From positions 1 to 31,257 of IMG/VR virus record IMGVR_UViG_3300044513_003743: 31,257 nucleotides of DNA; one strand, written 5' to 3'. The translations under genes were made by a program, and so were the position numbers. Positions 19,839-25,290 of this stretch are shown one piece after another. The notes beneath the pieces were generated by a model, which worked only from the letters and a program-made list of their open reading frames with translations, was not told the origin of the DNA and did no database searches. The number at the start of each line of letters is the position of its first letter. Position 1 is the first letter of the stretch. This stretch comes from a virus (Duplodnaviria > Caudoviricetes).

Positions 19839-21038
19839 ATGTCAAAATTTAAAGCAAAAAACGAAACCAAATCAACAACTGTCTTAACTGTTAACAGAAA
19901 AAGATATGATATTCAAGCATTTCCAGAGAATAACTCTCTCGGACCTGTTGGTGTCGTTGACTTTCTATTCGCCGAAAGAAATCTTTACGGTAGAGTTGAT
20001 CAAAATTTAAACGTGATTGTGCCCAACCAATCTTCCATCAAAAGAATAGTCTCAGCAGAAAACCCAACAGGAACACCTCTAATGAATTTTGTGGCAGATC
20101 AATTCATAGACTTCCAAAGGACTTTTGAGAGAGCATTGAATGGTGGAAAGATTCGTCAAAATGACCCTTTCTTATCAAAACCAAGAATATATTCTTCTTA
20201 CAGCAACCCTAAAGCAGCTTATGAAGAGTACTTCTCAAACGTTATGATAAATTTTGAGAACATTTTTTTAGACAAAAGGAAAACAATCTCTGCCGAAGAT
20301 TACTTCGGAGAGTTCTTAAGGTATATTGATCAAATAACTCCAACATTTCCATTAACTTATACAGCATGGCATAGAAGCAGATATTCAAGTATATTCTATT
20401 CTGGTCTTGCTATTGACTTGTCAGGTCAAAACATAGGCACAGATGAGTTAAAGGAAGCATTCATTGAGAGCGAAAACTTCCCATATTATCTTAATGTGTG
20501 TAATAATTTTGGTTTCTCCGTAGCTAAGAACTCGCCATGGATCATTGTTGCAGATCTAGCTAGTCCATCTTCTACATTATACCATGAAAATTACGGTTTG
20601 TCAAGTATTAATCAAATTTTTTCTGAAAATTATATTCAAACATCTGAATTGGATATTGAGTTTATAAAGAGAAATCTATTTGATGCATATAATAGTTTTG
20701 TTAATAGATATCCTTATGAGAAGAATATAGTACCATGTAATAAGAATACTATTAAGAATAATATATATAGAATTAATATTAATTTAGATAAATTTAATAA
20801 TATATATAATAATAATTACTTTATAGAATATTATAATAATATAAGGTACTTTGAAGAAGACAAGCCTTTCTCCCAACCAGATCACAAGAAAATCACAGAA
20901 AATGCAAAAAACTTACAAAAAGTATTTGACAACTCCAGAGCAATAGGTTATATTAATGAACAGTACAGAAGTGTTTACAAATCAAAACCTGGTGGACTAA
21001 ACGATGTGCTAAAGAGGACACAACTTAAGAAGAGATGA
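19839..21038 (+). CDS. Hypothetical protein, probably last gene of the virion module (399 aa)
   Basis: Long ORF tightly following the hub gene; no recognised motif. Confidence 0.7.
   Translation: MSKFKAKNETKSTTVLTVNRKRYDIQAFPENNSLGPVGVVDFLFAERNLYGRVDQNLNVIVPNQSSIKRIVSAENPTGTPLMNFVADQFIDFQRTFERALNGGKIRQNDPFLSKPRIYSSYSNPKAAYEEYFSNVMINFENIFLDKRKTISAEDYFGEFLRYIDQITPTFPLTYTAWHRSRYSSIFYSGLAIDLSGQNIGTDELKEAFIESENFPYYLNVCNNFGFSVAKNSPWIIVADLASPSSTLYHENYGLSSINQIFSENYIQTSELDIEFIKRNLFDAYNSFVNRYPYEKNIVPCNKNTIKNNIYRININLDKFNNIYNNNYFIEYYNNIRYFEEDKPFSQPDHKKITENAKNLQKVFDNSRAIGYINEQYRSVYKSKPGGLNDVLKRTQLKKR
20741..20844. repeat. Extremely AT-rich tract with a 13-bp direct repeat AATAATATATATA
   Basis: 7 G/C in 104 bases by manual count; repeat copies at 20757-20769 and 20796-20808. 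Confidence 0.7.
20926..20954 (+). promoter_or_regulatory. sigma70-type promoter inside the upstream CDS, oriented toward the polymerase gene
   Basis: TTGACA (20926-20931), 17-bp spacer, TATATT (20949-20954). Confidence 0.7.
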
Positions 21039-21073
21039 ATGTGGCAGTTTATCTCTCAACATATGGAGGATAA

Positions 21074-22249
21074 ATGTTATTTCAGATACTTGATAATAAA
21101 CGAGACTGTCTCGGTCTCTTTGCAAACGGAGATTTTTATTATGGACACATTAAGAGAGCTTTTGAGAAGACCTGGGATTGGTCTCCTCACTTATCAGATG
21201 ATGATTATGAATACGCTAGGATATGGTGTGGAGGCAAGTCACTTGAAGAGGCTTGTCCCGAACATCTCTCAGACCGTCTGGAGATCCACAAAAAGAGAGT
21301 TAAGAATTTTGTAAAGGCAGCATCGGTTGCTAAAATCAACCTTGACGATGTCTGCTTGTTCGATATCATTCCCAAGCAAGCTCTTATTCACTGGTGTCAA
21401 GTTAAAAATGAGATATGTGAATATGTGTTTGAGAATCATACCAAACCAGCAAATCACAAGTTCATGATTGACCTCAGCAAGATGGTTTATGAAATTTCCA
21501 ATAATGGCGTTGTTTTGAACCAAGACCGACTATTTAGTTACCAGAAGACCGACTACAAGGCTAAAACTCTTTGGAAGAGTTTTGGAGGAAAAACTCCTGT
21601 AATATCGTATGATATTTATGGTTCTGTGACTGGTCGTCTAACAACGAAGTCAGGTTCATTTCCCATCTTAAATCTTAAGAAGGATATTGCAGATATCGTT
21701 GTCCCCAAAAACAACTTATTCATTCAATTCGACTTCAACGGTGCGGAGATAAGAACCCTTTTGTCTCTTGCCGGTGAGTCTCAACCAAAGGAAGATATAC
21801 ATGAATTTAACGCAAAAATACTTAAATGTTCTCGTGCTGAAGCTAAGAAAAAATTCTTCGCATGGTTCTATAATCCGAACAAAAAAAGCGTAGAGCTATC
21901 CCAACACTACAGACGAGAAGCTGTATTGGAAAGACATTACGCTGATGGAGTTGTAATGACTCCGTTTGGAAGAAAGATTGAAGCAGATGATTTTCATTCG
22001 TTTAATTATTTGCTTCAATCTACCTCTTCTGACAATTGTTTAGCGCAAGCAATTAAAATAAATAAGTTTTTATCTGGAAAGCGCTCATTTGTTCATTCTG
22101 TTGTTCATGACTCAATCTGTATTGATTTTCATAAGGACGATAGAGAACTAATTACTCAGATAAAACAAATATTTGAAGACACGAGACTAGGACAGTTCAA
22201 GTCTTCGATGCAAATAGGCAGAAATTACAGAGACATGGAGGAAGTGTGA
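21074..22249 (+). CDS. polA: Compact family A DNA polymerase (391 aa)
   Basis: GSVTGRLT, motif A FDFNGAEIRTL, motif B RAEAKKKFFAWFY, TPFGRKI, NYLLQSTSSD, motif C VVHDSI; GGAGG RBS. Confidence 0.85.
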   Translation: MLFQILDNKRDCLGLFANGDFYYGHIKRAFEKTWDWSPHLSDDDYEYARIWCGGKSLEEACPEHLSDRLEIHKKRVKNFVKAASVAKINLDDVCLFDIIPKQALIHWCQVKNEICEYVFENHTKPANHKFMIDLSKMVYEISNNGVVLNQDRLFSYQKTDYKAKTLWKSFGGKTPVISYDIYGSVTGRLTTKSGSFPILNLKKDIADIVVPKNNLFIQFDFNGAEIRTLLSLAGESQPKEDIHEFNAKILKCSRAEAKKKFFAWFYNPNKKSVELSQHYRREAVLERHYADGVVMTPFGRKIEADDFHSFNYLLQSTSSDNCLAQAIKINKFLSGKRSFVHSVVHDSICIDFHKDDRELITQIKQIFEDTRLGQFKSSMQIGRNYRDMEEV

Positions 22250-23052
22250 GCGTTTTAATAGGTTTAGGTAAGGCAGGGTGTGAGATAGTAAGCAAATTCT
22301 CGGATTCTCATAAAAAAATTACCATAGATGCTGGTTCGGAACTCCCAGAGTTCGACTCACCAGAAGAATACGAGCAAAAACTTTCCAATTATGCGCATCT
22401 TTTGGACTTTGAAGAGCCGGAATGTTATTTCTTCGTGTGTGGTGCCGGTAAAGTATCCGCAGCGTCTTTAAGACTCTTAGAGTTGCTACAATCCAAGAAA
22501 ATTAACCTAGTTTACATCTATCCCGAAGAGATAATGTTGTCACCAACGCAAAAAAAGTTAAATCGTGTTGCTTTTAACGTTTTTCAACAGTATGCACGCT
22601 CCGGTTTGTTCAATTCTTTGTATCTTATGTCAAATGAAGACATTGCATCTATACTTCCGCACTATTCCATGGAAAATCTCTATGATTACTTGAACGATGC
22701 GATAGTCAATGTGTTTGAGAACGTTATATTCTATCTTAACGAGAAACCTGTCATGGGTGCTCATCATGAACCTAAAGAAATATCCCGCATTAGAACAGTT
22801 GAGTTCGGGAATTTCAAAGAAAATAAAAAAAATATGTATTTTCCACTTGACAACATCACCGAGACATGCTATATTAATATTGTAAGCGATGAGGATATGA
22901 AAAACAACAGAGAGATGTTGAATACTCTGAAAGACAAGATAAGAAAAGACACTGATAACAATATCAATTCTTCTTTCACAGTGTTTAAGACAGAGCATGA
23001 ACATTCTTTCTACTATGCAATTCACTTTACTCATTATTTACAAGAAAAATAA
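22246..23052 (+). CDS. Divergent tubulin/FtsZ-like GTPase-domain protein (268 aa, GTG start)
   Basis: N-terminal LIGLGKAGCEI loop; FFVCGAGKVSA where the GGGTG(S/T)G signature is expected; LYLMSNE and YDYLNDAI match the later tubulin-fold loops. Confidence 0.6.
   Translation: MSVLIGLGKAGCEIVSKFSDSHKKITIDAGSELPEFDSPEEYEQKLSNYAHLLDFEEPECYFFVCGAGKVSAASLRLLELLQSKKINLVYIYPEEIMLSPTQKKLNRVAFNVFQQYARSGLFNSLYLMSNEDIASILPHYSMENLYDYLNDAIVNVFENVIFYLNEKPVMGAHHEPKEISRIRTVEFGNFKENKKNMYFPLDNITETCYINIVSDEDMKNNREMLNTLKDKIRKDTDNNINSSFTVFKTEHEHSFYYAIHFTHYLQEK
22847..22875 (+). promoter_or_regulatory. sigma70-type promoter embedded in the tubulin-like CDS
   Basis: TTGACA (22847-22852), 17-bp spacer ending TGC, TATATT (22870-22875). 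Confidence 0.55.
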
Positions 23053-23100
23053 AAAAAATACTTGACAAGTTCATGAGAACATGTTATATTATAAAGGTAA
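23046..23100 (+). repeat. Promoter-containing direct repeat, copy 1
   Basis: AAAATAAAAAAAATACTTGACAAGTTCATGAGAACATGTTATATTATAAAGGTAA; TTGACA 23062-23067, 17 bp, TATATT 23085-23090, A-tract upstream. Confidence 0.9.
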
Positions 23101-23118
23101 TAAATAAATGGAGGAAGT

Positions 23119-23292
23119 ATGAAAAATTTAATTACACTTATTACACTAGCATTCCTTGCTACAGCATGCAGTACAGAACGAAGCCGTTGCTATGATGCAT
23201 GTGTTAAAGCAAAAAATAAACAATACAAACACATTGGTGGAGCCAGTAAATCAGATAGAGATGGATGCTACCATGGATGTTCACCAAAATAA
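23119..23292 (+). CDS. Small lipoprotein with two CxxxC motifs (57 aa; not in ORF track)
   Basis: MKNLITLITLAFLATA-C-STERSRCYDAC...GCYHGCSPK; GGAGG RBS at 23110-23114; signal peptide with lipobox. Confidence 0.8.
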   Translation: MKNLITLITLAFLATACSTERSRCYDACVKAKNKQYKHIGGASKSDRDGCYHGCSPK

Positions 23293-23338
23293 AAAAATAC
23301 TTGACAAGTTCTGAGAACATGTTATATTATAAAGGTAA
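23286..23338 (+). repeat. Promoter-containing direct repeat, copy 2
   Basis: Identical to copy 1 except for two single-A deletions; TTGACA 23301-23306, 16 bp to TATATT. Confidence 0.9.
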
Positions 23339-23354
23339 GAAAAAAGGAGAACAA

Positions 23355-23495
23355 ATGATTACTTTAATGATGTTACTCTTTGCCTGTGGCGAAGAAAAGT
23401 CTGACGATTCTGCTCAACCGGCTGAGGAACAGCAAGAGCAGGTAGAAGACACTGGAGAACAAACTCCGGAAGATACAGCAGCAGTTGCTGAATAA
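23355..23495 (+). CDS. Small acidic lipoprotein (46 aa)
   Basis: Start moved to ATG 23355 (AGGAGA RBS); MITLMMLLFA-C-GEEKSDDSAQPAEE...EDTG...EDTA. Confidence 0.8.
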   Translation: MITLMMLLFACGEEKSDDSAQPAEEQQEQVEDTGEQTPEDTAAVAE

Positions 23496-23507
23496 AAAAA
23501 CTGAAAA

Positions 23508-23552
23508 AAAATAAAAAAAATACTTGACAAACATGATACAATATGTTATAAT
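23508..23552 (+). promoter_or_regulatory. Consensus sigma70 promoter (partial third copy of the repeat)
   Basis: Shares AAAATAAAAAAAATACTTGACAA with the repeats; TTGACA 23524-23529, 17 bp, TGT-TATAAT (TATAAT 23547-23552). Confidence 0.9.
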
Positions 23553-23658
23553 ATTATATAAGCAATGAGAGATGAACTCAACAAACATAAAGAGGTTATG
23601 ACTTGTTCCGGGATAAAAAGTCAAAAAAACTAGACATTTCAATAATATAGGAGGAAAC

Positions 23659-23907
23659 ATGTCAAATTCTAACGTAACAATCTTCAACGGTACTTTCCGC
23701 AAGCAAAATGGTGAAAGCCGTCAAATGCGCTTCATCCGTCGTCAAGATCTTCCAAGTTCATTGGTTAACGAAGGCACAATTCGTACCATGGAACAAAAGA
23801 CTGGCGCTGAAGTCGTCTATGATGTTGATGCTCGTGCATTCCGTCACTTTAACTGGAACACTGCTGAAGGCGATGTAACTCGCACAAGCACCACATTTAA
23901 CTTCTAA
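23659..23907 (+). CDS. WYL_2 / DUF2693-like Sm/SH3 beta-barrel protein (82 aa)
   Basis: F.GTFRKQNGESRQM and VVYDVDARAFRHF match the FxKxxGxxRxM...vyDxxxxxwRsF pattern; AGGAGG RBS. Confidence 0.7.
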   Translation: MSNSNVTIFNGTFRKQNGESRQMRFIRRQDLPSSLVNEGTIRTMEQKTGAEVVYDVDARAFRHFNWNTAEGDVTRTSTTFNF

Positions 23908-23916
23908 GAAGTTAAA
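23896..23916. repeat. 21-bp interrupted palindrome over the stop codon
   Basis: TTTAACTTCT-A-AGAAGTTAAA (10-bp arms, 1-nt centre). Confidence 0.75.
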
Positions 23917-23921
23917 GTTAG

Positions 23922-24080
23922 ATGCCTTGTTATTGCAAAGATTACAAAGGAGACTTAAAGAATGTTTATTATTCTTATGAAGAAGCCTTACAAAATAAAG
24001 CTTGGTCTGAGAAACAATTTAATATTTCTTTGAGGATATATCAATGCGATAAAGGTTACTGGCATCTAACTTCTGATTAA
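23922..24080 (+). CDS. Small Cys/His protein (52 aa; not in ORF track)
   Basis: MPCYCKDYKG..KNVYYSYEEA...LRIYQCDKGYWHLTSD resembles small phage proteins with a YxC..WHLT motif; RBS is weak. Confidence 0.6.
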   Translation: MPCYCKDYKGDLKNVYYSYEEALQNKAWSEKQFNISLRIYQCDKGYWHLTSD

Positions 24081-24115
24081 ACTTATCTTCATACTCTACT
24101 CCTTTTGATTGTGAT

Positions 24116-24156
24116 GAACGGTTTTTGAGTTAGGGTTTTCCGTTTAAAAAAACCCT
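24116..24156 (+). ncRNA. H-type pseudoknot PK1
   Basis: S1 GAACGG (24116-21)/CCGTTT (24140-45); L1 TTTTTGAGTT; S2 AGGGTTTT (24132-39)/AAAACCCT (24149-56); L2=0; L3 AAA. Confidence 0.65.
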
Positions 24157-24181
24157 TTCGTTTGGATAATCTCTTTGAGAT

Positions 24182-24226
24182 TAGCGGTTTTTCGGGTTGC
24201 TTTTCCGTTGTTGAAAAAAACTTCCC
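24182..24226 (+). ncRNA. H-type pseudoknot PK2 (degenerate relative of PK1)
   Basis: S1 TAGCGG (24182-87)/CCGTTG (24205-10); L1 TTTTTC; imperfect S2 GGGTTGCTTTT/AAAACTTCCC. Confidence 0.5.
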
Positions 24227-24234
24227 CTGTTTTC

Positions 24235-24263
24235 TTGACAAACTGTTGAGAATATGTTATAAT
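24235..24263 (+). promoter_or_regulatory. Consensus sigma70 promoter for the SSB gene
   Basis: TTGACA 24235-24240, 17 bp, TGT-TATAAT (TATAAT 24258-24263). Confidence 0.9.
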
Positions 24264-24344
24264 ATAAATGGGAGCAAGATTAAAACTCTGCTTACCTTAG
24301 TCTGAGAAGACAATAAACATCGCCTAACTAATGGAGAAACTAAC

Positions 24345-25097
24345 ATGGCACTTAATATTGAACTAATGAAACAAAAGCTTGCAAGCTCACAAAACAAGAA
24401 TGCAGGTAAATCAAATGATACTAAATGGCGACCGTCTGAAGGAGACCAAACAATTCGAATCCTTCCAACCAAAGATGGCGACCCGTTCAAGGAATTTCAT
24501 TTTCACTACAATGTAGGAAAAAATCCTGGTATCCTTTGTCCTAAAAAGAACTACGGCGAGCACTGCCCTATTTGTGAATTCGCATCAACCCTCTGGCGTG
24601 ATGGTGTTGATAATAACGATGATCAAACTAAAAACGCTGCAAAGAAGTTATTCGCTCGTAAGCGTTACTACTCTCCAATCCTTGTCCGTGGTCAAGAGAC
24701 CGAAGGTGTAAAGGTATGGGCTTATGGTAAGACTGCCTATGAGACACTTCTTGGATATGTACTTGACCCTGATTATGGAGATATTACATCATCCGAAACC
24801 GGAACTGACATCGTTCTTTCGTATACAGTTCCTGGCACACCCGGTTCTTTCCCAAAGACCCAACTTAAACCTCGTCGCCGTCCCTCCGTACTATGCGACG
24901 ATGCAATCGCTGACTGTGATGCTCTTCTTGATAGCGTGCCCGACATCGAAGCACAATTTAATAGACTGTCATCTGAAGATATACAAGCTCTGTTGGACGA
25001 CTATCTATCTACGGATTCCTCCTCCGAAATGTCCTCCTCTGAAACTGCCAAATATGGTAGTGCCGTAGATAAAAAGATTAGTGACTTTCTAAGTTAG
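24345..25097 (+). CDS. gp32: Single-stranded DNA-binding protein (T4 gp32-like, 250 aa)
   Basis: WRPSEG.QTIRILP, H...C...CPIC zinc site, RYYSPILVR, YGDIT...GTDI, acidic/Ser-rich C-terminal tail. Confidence 0.85.
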   Translation: MALNIELMKQKLASSQNKNAGKSNDTKWRPSEGDQTIRILPTKDGDPFKEFHFHYNVGKNPGILCPKKNYGEHCPICEFASTLWRDGVDNNDDQTKNAAKKLFARKRYYSPILVRGQETEGVKVWAYGKTAYETLLGYVLDPDYGDITSSETGTDIVLSYTVPGTPGSFPKTQLKPRRRPSVLCDDAIADCDALLDSVPDIEAQFNRLSSEDIQALLDDYLSTDSSSEMSSSETAKYGSAVDKKISDFLS

Positions 25098-25102
25098 TGA
25101 TT

Positions 25103-25129
25103 GGGTCTTCGGGCGGACCTTAAACGCCC
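25103..25129 (+). ncRNA. H-type pseudoknot PK3 (stem 2 may double as a terminator hairpin)
   Basis: S1 GGGTC (25103-07)/GACCT (25116-20); L1 TTC; S2 GGGCG (25111-15)/CGCCC (25125-29); L2=0; L3 TAAA; followed by CCCTTTTT. Confidence 0.6.
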
Positions 25130-25154
25130 CCCTTTTTGATGTGTTGCTACTCAT

Positions 25155-25186
25155 CATAGCCCTGGAGTATGGCTTTGAAATGCTCC
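25155..25186 (+). ncRNA. H-type pseudoknot PK4
   Basis: S1 AGCC (25158-61)/GGCT (25171-74), extendable by CA/TG; L1 CT; S2 GGAGTAT (25164-70)/ATGCTCC (25180-86); L2=0. Confidence 0.55.
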
Positions 25187-25194
25187 CACTTTAT

Positions 25195-25267
<73 letters not shown>

Positions 25268-25290
25268 TTTTACACACTAAGGAGAAACTA

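Noticed and set aside
21039-21314. 91-aa ORF overlapping the polymerase start
   Set aside because: No RBS; the GGAGG at 21065-21069 serves ATG 21074 in another frame.
23265-23354. Longer start of the 76-aa ORF in the track
   Set aside because: It runs through the promoter repeat; the RBS and signal peptide support ATG 23355.
23046-23552. Direct repeats as a CRISPR array
   Set aside because: The repeats are promoters, the intervening segments are ~170-185 bp genes, and no cas genes are present.
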